NCBI GenBank assembly: GCA_034190185.1
Contig: JAXHTB010000002.1
Coordinates: 1-37,919 of the forward strand
DNA length: 37,919 nt
DNA from: Spirochaetota bacterium
Lineage (GTDB): Bacteria > Spirochaetota > UBA4802 > JAFGDQ01
Direction of reading: 5' to 3'
Shown: positions 17,693 through 26,512 of the stretch, piece by piece
How positions within the stretch are numbered: the stretch's first letter is position 1
How the letters are laid out: every line of letters begins with the position of its first letter
Notes under the pieces: generated by a model
Seen by the model: the letters and a program-made list of their open reading frames with translations, nothing else
Database searches by the model: none
What the model was told of the DNA's origin: nothing
Made by a program: the position numbers and the translations under genes

Positions 17693-19158
17693 TGGAAGAT
17701 AAGCCACAAACGACAAAAGAAATAAAACGCAAAGCTAAGAAGGGCTTCCTCCAATATGGATCTGCTAAGATTTTTTCAAAAATCTTGAATTCTGTAAGCT
17801 TTGTTATAGCTGCGGCATATATGAATACAGCAGAGATTGGTGTAGCTTCTTTGGTAAAGTCAATAATACTACTGATCCTTGCTCTTATTGAGTCTGGATT
17901 TCCTGATGCGCTTGTTCAATCAATTAGTCTTACTAAAAAACAGTCATCATCTTCTTTCTGGTTCTTAACATTTTGGGCACTATTCCTTTTTTTTATTATA
18001 GCTGTTGTCTCACCTTTAATTGAGCAATTCTTTAAAATGGATGGCCTGGCTGTTTTTATTCTTGGAGCATCTCTTCAACTCATATTTATTTCAATTGCAC
18101 TTGTTCCGGGACGTCATTTGGAGCGCAAATTGGATTTTGGTTATATTGGAATTATAGACACAATTGGCATAATAGGTTCCTCAATTACTAAAATTACACT
18201 GGCAGTACTGGGCGCAGGGGCATGGGCGCTTATTCTTGGCCCGGTGACAAATTCATTTATTAAGTGTATTATGACATTCTGGATAACACGCTATCTTCCA
18301 TCTCTTTATTTTTCATGGACATCTATAAAAGGACTTCTGAATTTTGGGTATAAAAGGGTAGTTTCTAATTTTATATATCGTTTCTATAAAAATGCGGATT
18401 ATTTAATTATTGGCATGTTCTTAGGCGAGACATTCTTAGGTGTTTATCGGGTTGCCTTTGAGTTATCTGTTGCGCCAGCATTGACTGTATCACACTTCTT
18501 TAATAAGGTTTCATTTTCTGCCTTTTCAAGACTTCAAAATTCAAGAGATAAGTTAAAATCATATTTCCTGGACATAAACCGTTCATTAGCAATGATTGTA
18601 GGCCCGATTTCTGTTTTCTTATTTGTAACTGCCGAAGACCTTCTTAGAATGTGTTTTGGTGAGAGGTATATTGACGCTACTATTGCTATAAAACTCCTAT
18701 GTATCATGGGATTTATTCGTTCTTTGAGTCAGCTTATCCCAAAGGTAATAAATGCTATCGGCAGGGCAGATATAACTCTATGGAACTCTATTATTACGCT
18801 GATTATATTAACCAGCGCCATTTTTACCGCTGTTGTAGGATGGAAAGATACCATGGGTATGATCCCAATTTGCCTGGCATGGCTTATAAGTTATCCTATT
18901 CTATGGCTAATTGTACTGATTATTGCTAAAATGCAGATTGATTTATCTTTCAAATCTTACTTTTGGAATTTGACGCCCTCACTTTTGGGATTAATTCTAA
19001 TGGGTTTATCTATGGAAGGCATGAAATATATAGGGAGAACAACAATACCGGCTGTAAATGTTGTTTTACCTACAGTTGTTGGACTAGGATTTTATCTTTT
19101 TTATATTACAAAAATCATGAAAGTTGATTTAATGAAAATTTTCCCAAAAAAAATGTGA
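17692..19158 (+). CDS. MOP-superfamily (Wzx-like) polysaccharide/lipid-linked-intermediate flippase
   Basis: 488 aa with about 12-14 hydrophobic helices. The N-terminal basic segment followed by G.L.YGSAKI.SKILN is typical of Polysacc_synt-type proteins. It is translationally coupled to paralog 3. Confidence 0.75.
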   Translation: MEDKPQTTKEIKRKAKKGFLQYGSAKIFSKILNSVSFVIAAAYMNTAEIGVASLVKSIILLILALIESGFPDALVQSISLTKKQSSSSFWFLTFWALFLFFIIAVVSPLIEQFFKMDGLAVFILGASLQLIFISIALVPGRHLERKLDFGYIGIIDTIGIIGSSITKITLAVLGAGAWALILGPVTNSFIKCIMTFWITRYLPSLYFSWTSIKGLLNFGYKRVVSNFIYRFYKNADYLIIGMFLGETFLGVYRVAFELSVAPALTVSHFFNKVSFSAFSRLQNSRDKLKSYFLDINRSLAMIVGPISVFLFVTAEDLLRMCFGERYIDATIAIKLLCIMGFIRSLSQLIPKVINAIGRADITLWNSIITLIILTSAIFTAVVGWKDTMGMIPICLAWLISYPILWLIVLIIAKMQIDLSFKSYFWNLTPSLLGLILMGLSMEGMKYIGRTTIPAVNVVLPTVVGLGFYLFYITKIMKVDLMKIFPKKM

Positions 19159-19393
19159 GTGCTATCGAAATTTACGAGTGATCAGGAATAAAAACACCCC
19201 CTATGTGGAGTGTGAATTATATGTAAGAATGCTCAAAATCTTATACAATATCTTTATTTTAAGCGACATAATCCGATTAATAATAAAAAAAGTATTGAAA
19301 TACAAATAGTTCTATTTTTCGCAAGGATTATTACGAGATTAAACTAATAAACATTAAGAAAAACAATTCAAAACTTTTGATCCTAATCCTTCA

Positions 19394-19942
19394 ATGAAGG
19401 ATGCTTTATGATTACTTGAAGAAGCAAATATATCAAAATTTTCTTTAATTGGGAAACTGGCTATGTGGGTATACCTGTAAGATGATGACCAACACCAATA
19501 TACTAAAGATGTTGATTTTGCGATATTACTAAATGACTGCGAAAAGCTTGAAAAAATTGTATTAAAAAAAGGTATACCATTTAAATATTTACAAATTGGA
19601 GGCATCGGCATTAGAAAGGAAGGTATAAATATTGATTTTATCGACCGACGCTAACATGGCGTACAGTCTTTATTTCCTGATGCTATTACTAATTTCTATA
19701 CTGAGGTTGAAGTAGACCAATATTCCATTCCAGTAGTATCGTTAGAATATCTGATTGCAATAAAAATTGTATCTGGAGAACCAAAAGATTATGATTTAAA
19801 GATATTACTAGCTTTATGGGATTTTAGCTACGAAAAGGCAAGGAAGATTGTAGAGAAGCATCTTGGAGTAATTACAACTGAACGACTTGATGTTTTTGCA
19901 AGGGATGCAGGATTACTTCCCCAAAGAGGTTCATACATATAA
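19394..19942 (+). pseudogene. Decayed nucleotidyltransferase-fold gene (single frame interrupted by three stop codons)
   Basis: Frame-2 reading gives MKDAL*LLEEANISKFSLIGKLAMWVYL*DDDQHQYTKDVDFAILLNDCEKLEKIVLKKGIPFKYLQIGGIGIRKEGINIDFIDRR*HGVQSLFPDAITNFYTEVEVDQYSIPVVSLEYLIAIKIVSGEPKDYDLKILL... The stops are at ~19409 (TGA), 19478 (TAA) and 19652 (TAA). The T.DVDF and IDFI pattern is typical of minimal nucleotidyltransferases. Confidence 0.45.
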
Positions 19943-20028
19943 ATATAGTGAATAATTTTGAAAAGCAATTCTTATATCATTCGAGAGTGGTCAAAAATTG
20001 CAGGTAGATTCAATAATCAGATTCTCTT

Positions 20029-20072
20029 ATTCCTGCAGAAGCAGGAATTCCCCTATGATAATATATGAGTTG
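20029..20072. repeat. REP-like stem-loop element, copy B (perfect 8-bp stem ATTCCTGC agaa GCAGGAAT plus ATGATAATATATGAGTTG tail)
   Basis: Read directly from the sequence. It is related to 14052-14087. In one frame the hairpin reads IPAEAGI, like widespread IPA.AGI-type REP hairpins. Confidence 0.5.
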
Positions 20073-20197
20073 CCTTTATCTGCCGAAATGACCTAGTGTG
20101 AATGACAACCTGAAATCTGACTTTATGCTATAGAGCTTATATTTACTTATTTTATCTGGAAAAGTCTTGACAAGAAAAGAGTCCTCTATTTCACTTT

Positions 20198-20218
20198 AAA
20201 TGAAAATTATTTCTATTT
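20198..20218. promoter_or_regulatory. Fur-box-like operator upstream of the Fur-family gene
   Basis: In aaaTGAAAATTATTTCTAttt, the core matches TGATAATNATTATCA at 11 of 14 defined positions. It ends 15 nt before the ATG at 20233. Confidence 0.55.
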
Positions 20219-20232
20219 AGTTTATTTTTTTC

Positions 20233-20649
20233 ATGAATAATATATACCTAAATAAATTACGTGAAAGCAACCTAAAGCTCACCCCCAAGCGGATAGCGAT
20301 TATAGATTTCTTTTTAAGTAAAGATCAATACTTGACTCCCATGTCTGTCTGGAAAGGACTAAAAGGAGAGTTTAAGAGCTTAGGGTTGCCAAGTATATAC
20401 AGGAATTTGGAGTTATTTGAAAAGTGCGGCATACTTGCAAAAATCCAAAAACCTGACAGAAAACTCTACTATGGGTTATGTAATTCTAAGAATAAACACC
20501 ATCATCATATAATTTGCATTGAATGTGGTAAAGTTGAAGTATTTTATGATTGTAATTTGTCTATGAAGAAAAATATCAATGGATTTATAATAATAAGCCA
20601 TTCCTTACAGATAGAGGGCGTATGTCCACAGTGCAGGTTGAATAACTAA
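20233..20649 (+). CDS. Fur-family metalloregulator (Fur/Zur/PerR not distinguishable by eye)
   Basis: The winged-helix part is LKLTPKRIAIIDFFL...LPSIYRNLELFEKCGIL. The metal sites are HHHHIICIECGKV and CPQC. Confidence 0.88.
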   Translation: MNNIYLNKLRESNLKLTPKRIAIIDFFLSKDQYLTPMSVWKGLKGEFKSLGLPSIYRNLELFEKCGILAKIQKPDRKLYYGLCNSKNKHHHHIICIECGKVEVFYDCNLSMKKNINGFIIISHSLQIEGVCPQCRLNN

Positions 20650-20665
20650 AATTTTTTTTAATAAT

Positions 20666-20686
20666 AAATAGAAATCATTTTCATTT
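20666..20686. promoter_or_regulatory. Second Fur-box-like operator, an inverted copy of 20198-20218 (20 of 21 nt after reverse complementing)
   Basis: aaatagaaatcattttcattt lies 17 nt after the regulator stop codon and 54 nt upstream of ORF 20740. Confidence 0.55.
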
Positions 20687-20739
20687 ACAAAAAATCAAAA
20701 TAAACTCAAACCTAACAACTCAATTTACATGTTAGTTTA

Positions 20740-21042
20740 ATGAAATCGATTAGAAAAATAAATGAGAATCTATGTATTTCCCTATTTGTATGTGGTGTAG
20801 CATTTTATCTTATATTTGCTGCAGTTCTCCCCTTGCTTCATAATCATCAAATGGACGGTAAACATCATCATAGTTGTTTTTCCTGTAAATTCAAAGTTAC
20901 AGCCTCTTCCATGAAAATTGAAATTGGGACTGACCCTTATATTTTTTTTCATGTTGTTTATAAAATTCTCCCCTATGATGATGAATCCTGCAAGTTACTA
21001 TTTTGTAAAAAATATTCTATACGCGCACCTCCTAATATTTAA
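20740..21042 (+). CDS. Small membrane protein with a His/Cys-rich segment, function unknown
   Basis: 100-aa ORF with one N-terminal TM helix (LCISLFVCGVAFYLIFAAVLPLL) followed by HNHQMDGKHHHSCFSC. No obvious SD sequence. Its position between a Fur box and a TonB-dependent receptor supports it being a real gene. Confidence 0.45.
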   Translation: MKSIRKINENLCISLFVCGVAFYLIFAAVLPLLHNHQMDGKHHHSCFSCKFKVTASSMKIEIGTDPYIFFHVVYKILPYDDESCKLLFCKKYSIRAPPNI

Positions 21043-21375
21043 GTTTAGAACATTTATCTTGCATTGTTTTATATACAAAATAGAATTGGTTATCTGTCTT
21101 GTATATTAAATAATCTTATAGCATTTTTTTAATAGAATGGTATAGATATTATATCTACTTTACTGTATGTGATGGGAAAAGTGTTGGCTGTAAATCCTTG
21201 ATACAACATGTTTACGGTTCCTTTATGCGCTTTAGCTGTAAATACTGGTATCAATTATTTCTAATTGAAAATCAGCAATGATCTGCGCAGGTCTGTGACG
21301 GTATTATTACGTTGTAATAACAAAATAATAACACTTTATAAATAAAATAGATATTTCATTAAGGAGGTTGAATAT

Positions 21376-23454
21376 ATGAAAAAAATATTAATATTACTTT
21401 TAGTATCTATGTTTCTTAAGCAAGGCATATTGATATATGGAGATGAATTCAGTGAAACTGAAATCTATCTGAAGAAAATAGTTGTTAAGGGGATCGATGA
21501 TGAACAGGGTGAAAAGATTGCCATTAATAGTAAGACACTTAAAACACACAAGGTTGTGGATTTAGCAGAGATTCTTTCGGATGAGATGATAACAGCTAAT
21601 ATGGTTAGAAAGGGTGGTTATGGCAATGAGGTCGTGTTAAGGGGATTTGGACAAGCTAATCTCAGGTTTTTAGCAGACAATACTATTATTGATGGCGCTT
21701 GCGGTAGCAGGAAAGATCCTCCTTTATCGCATATAGGTTTATTAACTGTTGATCGAATTGAGTTAAGAGAGGGTCCATTTGATGTAACCAAACCAGGGGC
21801 TCTTGGGGGAAGCATAAATGTAGTTACCAAAAGACCACAACAGGGATTCCATGGTGAGATACTTCCTAAAGTGGGCAGTTTCGGATATTTAAGCGGCGGG
21901 GGTTATCTTACAGGTGGAAATAAATATATCCAGGGATTGGTTGGTTACAACTATGCAGAGTCCGATCAATATAAAGATGGCGAGAGCAACAAACTTTACA
22001 GTTTTGCTCCATCCAGCCGTCCATATAATGCTGATGGAAGGGATATGAAGTCTTTCAAAAAGCATGATCTATGGGGGAAGATACAGTTTACTCCTAAAGA
22101 TCATCATACCTTCCTTTTGTCTCACACATATGGCTATGCTGAGGATATCATGGCGCCAAGGGTTGGTATGGATATGGAATCTGAGGAGACAAACCTGACT
22201 AGAGCGGAATATTTCGTTACTGACATGGGAAGTTTTTCTGATAAGCTAATCCTCTCTCTTTATCGTAATGAAATAGAGCACAACCCTTTTGATAAGTATA
22301 GAGAACTGGTTAGCGACCCCTTATTCCATCGACGCAATGATGTTGATTCAATAATCATCGGGGGAAAAATAGAGAACAAGCAGTTAACTGATACTGCTGC
22401 AATTACCAATGGGGTGGATATCTATTATCGTAATTGGAAGGGAGATATGTATAATGATGATACAGGTGCAATATTTGATGATGAACTTATACCCGATGTA
22501 GATACCTATGATTTTGGAGTATATATAAAGGGGAGTACGAATTTTGAAAAATGGTCATTAGAGGGTGGACTCCGTTATGACTGGTTCCAAACAGAAGCAG
22601 GTGAAGACCTCAAGCAGAGCAACGATCCTATAAGCGGTATTACCACTACCAATAAGAACACAGATAATCTGCTAAGCGGATATTTCTCTGCAAGATATCA
22701 TTTAACAGAGGGATATCATATTTTTGGAGGAGTCGGCCATAGCATTCGCACACCCACCTCTGTTGAGCGCTATCTGCAGTCTCCATCACCTTATTTTCAC
22801 GGGAATCCAGATCTAAATCCAACAAAAAATACTGAGATTGATCTCGGATTTCAGATGATGTCTGAGGGATTCAGCATCACAACAAAAGGATTTTACAGCA
22901 ATTTGCGAGACTATATCTATCAACAGGGCAAAATGACAGCAGATTCTCACGAGACTTGGACAAACATTGACGCTCATATCTATGGTGCTGACGCTACGGT
23001 TGTCGTTGATATTATGTTTAACTTTTCCATAGAAGCTGCAGCCGCTTATCAGCGTGGGAGGAAAGAGACTCAGCCTGATGAGAATAATGACAAGGATCTG
23101 GCCCAGATCCCTCCGCTTAAGACCAGACTTGCTTTGCATTATGATAACTTTAATCTTTTTAGAAAGGATTCCAATCTTTTTGGAACATTAGAATGGATAC
23201 ATTCAGAAGATGCTGAAGATGTAGATACTGACGCTGGAGAAAAAAAGTTGAATGGCTGGGATGTGTTAAATTTTAGGGCAGGGTATAGATATATTAAGTT
23301 TACATTCAATATTGGTGTTGATAATATTTTTGATAAGCATTATGCAGTAGCAAACTCATACGAATGGGATGTGGTAAGCGGAGCAGGGGCAGCGCCAGCC
23401 ATTGTAAATGAACCTGGAAGATTCATTTATGGCAGTGTCTCTTATTCATTTTAA
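21376..23454 (+). CDS. TonB-dependent outer-membrane receptor
   Basis: AAGGAGG is the RBS. It has a signal peptide and a TonB-box-like EIYLKKIVVKG. The plug shows VVLRGFGQANLRFLADNTIIDGACGSRKDPPLSHI. A long beta-barrel ends in the aromatic terminus YGSVSYSF. Confidence 0.92.
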   Translation: MKKILILLLVSMFLKQGILIYGDEFSETEIYLKKIVVKGIDDEQGEKIAINSKTLKTHKVVDLAEILSDEMITANMVRKGGYGNEVVLRGFGQANLRFLADNTIIDGACGSRKDPPLSHIGLLTVDRIELREGPFDVTKPGALGGSINVVTKRPQQGFHGEILPKVGSFGYLSGGGYLTGGNKYIQGLVGYNYAESDQYKDGESNKLYSFAPSSRPYNADGRDMKSFKKHDLWGKIQFTPKDHHTFLLSHTYGYAEDIMAPRVGMDMESEETNLTRAEYFVTDMGSFSDKLILSLYRNEIEHNPFDKYRELVSDPLFHRRNDVDSIIIGGKIENKQLTDTAAITNGVDIYYRNWKGDMYNDDTGAIFDDELIPDVDTYDFGVYIKGSTNFEKWSLEGGLRYDWFQTEAGEDLKQSNDPISGITTTNKNTDNLLSGYFSARYHLTEGYHIFGGVGHSIRTPTSVERYLQSPSPYFHGNPDLNPTKNTEIDLGFQMMSEGFSITTKGFYSNLRDYIYQQGKMTADSHETWTNIDAHIYGADATVVVDIMFNFSIEAAAAYQRGRKETQPDENNDKDLAQIPPLKTRLALHYDNFNLFRKDSNLFGTLEWIHSEDAEDVDTDAGEKKLNGWDVLNFRAGYRYIKFTFNIGVDNIFDKHYAVANSYEWDVVSGAGAAPAIVNEPGRFIYGSVSYSF

Positions 23455-23675
23455 GCTAATACTATCGGTATCTACAGGATAGTGCATTATATTTAAAATT
23501 TGTTTGATTTAAGTAAGTTAAAACTGTTATGGAGAATATGTTTAAACACAGATATTGCAAAGAGACGCAGAATAATATAGAATTTTTTTCTGTTCACTGC
23601 ACTCTTTGCATCAAGAAACAAATATTATGTTTCATTTGTTGCAGTCTCCAAAATCAGTTTGAACTTACTTTACTA

Positions 23676-24857
23676 TCAGTATTTATAGTAATCATCAGGA
23701 TCATTGAAATTCTCAACCTTTATTTTTTTCTCGAGGTTTTGAAGATGTTTTTTGAGTTTATCGTTGTCCGGATCCTGTTCTATCTGTTTTTTTAAAATAG
23801 CTAGTGCAGCTCTATATTCTCCAATCTCGCTGTAACATTGCGACAGCCATAATTGCAGATTTTTATGCTCAGCATTGATCGTTTCTGCCCATAGATACAT
23901 CCTTATCGCATTCTTAAATTCTCCATAGGAATGGTAGATTTTTCCCATCTCAAGAGCTGCTTCGAAAAAATCGTTTTTTAATTTAAGTGATTGATTTAAA
24001 CTATTAATTGCTGAACTGATATTTTTAATATTCAGATAAGATAACCCAATAAAATAATAGGTAGTGTGAGAAACTGTGTTAAATTCAATTGCCTTTTGGT
24101 AATATTGTATTGCATCCCTAAATCTCTTTTTTTGATACATTATGTTTGCAAGTTTATGGAAAGAGCTGCCAAAGTTTGCCTTATATTTTATTGAATTTTT
24201 CAGATATTTAATTGCTTTGTCAAGCTCGCCAATCTTGAAGTAGAGGCTGCCAATATTATATTGAATGAATGGATTATATGGATTTGTTTTCATTGCTAAA
24301 AGAAAATTTTTAAGAGCCTTATCATATTTGTGCATCTTACAATAAAGGCTTCCCAGACTGTTCCTGGCTCTGGAATAAGTAGGAAGGATGTCGATTGCTT
24401 TTTTATAGTTTTCAAGAGCGCTTATATACTTTCCTCTATTTTCATGAATAACTCCCATATAGTAATAGTATTCATTATCTTTTGCCTTTGGATATTTCTC
24501 AATAAAGCTTTGAAGGATTTTTTCAATCTTATTGAATTCGTTATAAAGAAAATGCCTTCTTATCTCATTGTATGTATTGTTCCTTTCATACTCAAAGAAA
24601 TGTTTGTTAATTGTATCTATCGTTAATTCATCATCTGTATTATAATTCTTCTTCTGTTTATCTTCTGTATGTATTTTTTTTGGTTTTTTATCCTGACCCT
24701 TATCTGTGGTCTTTTTAGATGTTACATTACCAGTTGATATCTTTTTCTCTTTATGAGAGCCTTTGTTAGCAGAATTTGCTGGTCGTATACCTCCCAATAT
24801 CATGCAAAGTGATAGAATAAGAAAGATATTTATGTAATAGTAATAATAGTTCATCAT
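23676..24857 (-). CDS. TPR-repeat protein with an N-terminal membrane anchor/signal and a Lys-rich linker
   Basis: At least 6 TPR-like 34-aa units, for example YYYMGVIHENRGKYISALENYKKAIDILPTY, RARNSLGSLYCKMHKYDKALKNFLLAMKTNPYN and IQYNIGSLYFKIGELDKAIKYLKNSI. Confidence 0.85.
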   Translation of the reverse strand: MMNYYYYYINIFLILSLCMILGGIRPANSANKGSHKEKKISTGNVTSKKTTDKGQDKKPKKIHTEDKQKKNYNTDDELTIDTINKHFFEYERNNTYNEIRRHFLYNEFNKIEKILQSFIEKYPKAKDNEYYYYMGVIHENRGKYISALENYKKAIDILPTYSRARNSLGSLYCKMHKYDKALKNFLLAMKTNPYNPFIQYNIGSLYFKIGELDKAIKYLKNSIKYKANFGSSFHKLANIMYQKKRFRDAIQYYQKAIEFNTVSHTTYYFIGLSYLNIKNISSAINSLNQSLKLKNDFFEAALEMGKIYHSYGEFKNAIRMYLWAETINAEHKNLQLWLSQCYSEIGEYRAALAILKKQIEQDPDNDKLKKHLQNLEKKIKVENFNDPDDYYKY

Positions 24858-25107
24858 ATATTGAAAAGGGATATTATTATAAATTCAAAAGGTTAATATG
24901 GCATATACTCGGGTTGTCATTTTCCCCCTTAATTATCTACAATTTGCTGCGATCAATATTAAATATGCAGAAAAAGAATGGACTATCTATAATGATTATA
25001 AGATTTTTTTCTTCTTTATACTTAGTGTTTTATTTGCTCTTTATTTTTTTGTGGTGGATTGTTAATAATATCTACCCTTTATAAACTTGAGTGCTATTAT
25101 ATAATAT

Positions 25108-26379
25108 CTATATAAATATCTGAAACTGTAATATTGCATATTTACTGCCAGAACCCTTATTCTGATCACCTAATGAATGGGCAAATTCAAACTTAATATT
25201 TGCATTGTGACCATGAATGAAGTAATTAATACCGTAAATCATTTCAGAAATCTCTCTATCCTTTATTGCATTATTCTTAATTATTGCTCTTTCCTCGACC
25301 TTCTTGTAATATTTTACAACAGGCTGTACTTTGTTCCATAATAGAACTCCTGTTTGAAGAAGATATGCAGTCTGATTTATAAATCCACGATCATAAATCT
25401 CTTTATCATCTGAAGAAAATAAACGATAATCGCTTTTTGCAGGATTGTTCATAGAATCAACATAGGCTGCTTGAAAGGCAAGGATATAGTTGTTTAAGAA
25501 TCGATAATCAACTGTAAGATCAATGGTCCAAGCGAAATAGTCTTTCAATTTTTCATTATGTCTGCATACATCCTTCTGGAAATCGATGCCATAACCAATG
25601 GATATTATTTTTCTCATACCAAGATAGTTTCCGCTGTAGAAGAATCCTGTTTCCGGGTCTTCAAAATTAAACTGTAATCTGCCTGTATATCTGGGATAAT
25701 CATGTGGGTTTATTCTATATTCTTCAGTTGTACTATCTTCATTTATAACTTCAACATCTTTTCTGGTCTTACCCTGCCATATTCCGATCTTGTAGTCGAT
25801 GAAACCCTTCTTTCCTTGTGGACTATTGAAAAGGAGTCCTCTTATCTCAATTCCTGTATCCCTCCAGGCATTTGAGTATCCGTCAAGGGGAACTACAGCC
25901 GTGTTAATATCAACTCCCAGGGGGCTTGCCACTGACTGTCTGCTCTGATGCATGAATGGAAGGGGTATCATCCCAACATCTATCTGAAGTTCATCTGCAA
26001 TTTTATAGTTGATAAATGCACTCTGAGTAAAGATATGATTATTGGCTGACTCACTGTTCTCATAATATCCGTCACTATTTTTCCCTGCTTTTAGGTCATT
26101 TGTTTCCATGAAAAAACTAACATTCTCTGATACTTTTCCGTTTAAAATTATTCTTGATCTCCTTAGAAAGTAGCTTTTTTCATAAATGTTATCATCTGCT
26201 GATTCAGTTTCACCATTATATACATTGGCAAATTTTCCCTGTACCTGCAAGAGATAGTGCAATGAAATCCATTTATTATCTCCAAAAGTGAATCTTGAGA
26301 AATTGTTATCTTGTGCCATAATTGGCATTGCCAAATGTAATGATAACATTGCGCCAATAATAATGTAAATAATCCTCAT
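25108..26379 (-). CDS. Outer-membrane beta-barrel porin, OprO/P-like (start revised to the second ATG)
   Basis: The ATG at 26379 has AAGGAGG 8 nt upstream and yields a signal peptide MRIIYIIIGAMLSLHLAMPIMAQ. YFLRRSRIILNGK resembles the F.LRRARL.L.G block of phosphate-selective porins. Alternating beta-strand patterns continue to the C-terminus. The family assignment is from memory only. Confidence 0.6.
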   Translation of the reverse strand: MRIIYIIIGAMLSLHLAMPIMAQDNNFSRFTFGDNKWISLHYLLQVQGKFANVYNGETESADDNIYEKSYFLRRSRIILNGKVSENVSFFMETNDLKAGKNSDGYYENSESANNHIFTQSAFINYKIADELQIDVGMIPLPFMHQSRQSVASPLGVDINTAVVPLDGYSNAWRDTGIEIRGLLFNSPQGKKGFIDYKIGIWQGKTRKDVEVINEDSTTEEYRINPHDYPRYTGRLQFNFEDPETGFFYSGNYLGMRKIISIGYGIDFQKDVCRHNEKLKDYFAWTIDLTVDYRFLNNYILAFQAAYVDSMNNPAKSDYRLFSSDDKEIYDRGFINQTAYLLQTGVLLWNKVQPVVKYYKKVEERAIIKNNAIKDREISEMIYGINYFIHGHNANIKFEFAHSLGDQNKGSGSKYAILQFQIFI

Positions 26380-26512
26380 CTGTAAAGCCTCCTTATAATA
26401 TCTGGTTAAGATTATATATTTATTTCCCCACATTATTTGGATTATTCAGTGGAATATGAAAATATCAGGAAAGTAAATTAATAAGATAAAACAATAATAT
26501 TAATACTATTTA

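Noticed and set aside
19654-19666. An 11-12-nt identical string ATGGCGTACAG shared between 19655 and 36783
   Set aside because: Matches of this length are expected by chance in a window this size, and the flanks diverge quickly.
19394-19942. Stop-codon reassignment or programmed read-through as an explanation for three in-frame stops
   Set aside because: TAA, TAG and TGA all terminate well-supported genes in this window (for example TGA ends the flippase and the TPR gene), so the standard code applies. Pseudogenisation is the simpler explanation.
21187-21253. Direct repeat GCTGTAAAT... (21187-21205 and 21235-21253) and the inverted repeat TTATTAC-gtt-GTAATAA (about 21304-21320) upstream of the TonB-dependent receptor; also considered a cobalamin or other riboswitch in the 330-nt leader
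   Set aside because: Only a 9-mer is identical (14 of 19 overall) and the inverted repeat is short and AT-only. I could find no B12-box-like (GCCACTG) or other riboswitch core.
23556-23640. Inverted repeats TGCAAAGAG...CTCTTTGCA and AACAAAT-N10-ATTTGTT between the convergent receptor and TPR genes, as bidirectional terminators
   Set aside because: The stems enclose long loops (about 38 nt) or are AT-only, and they lack flanking T/A-runs. The evidence is not strong enough to annotate.
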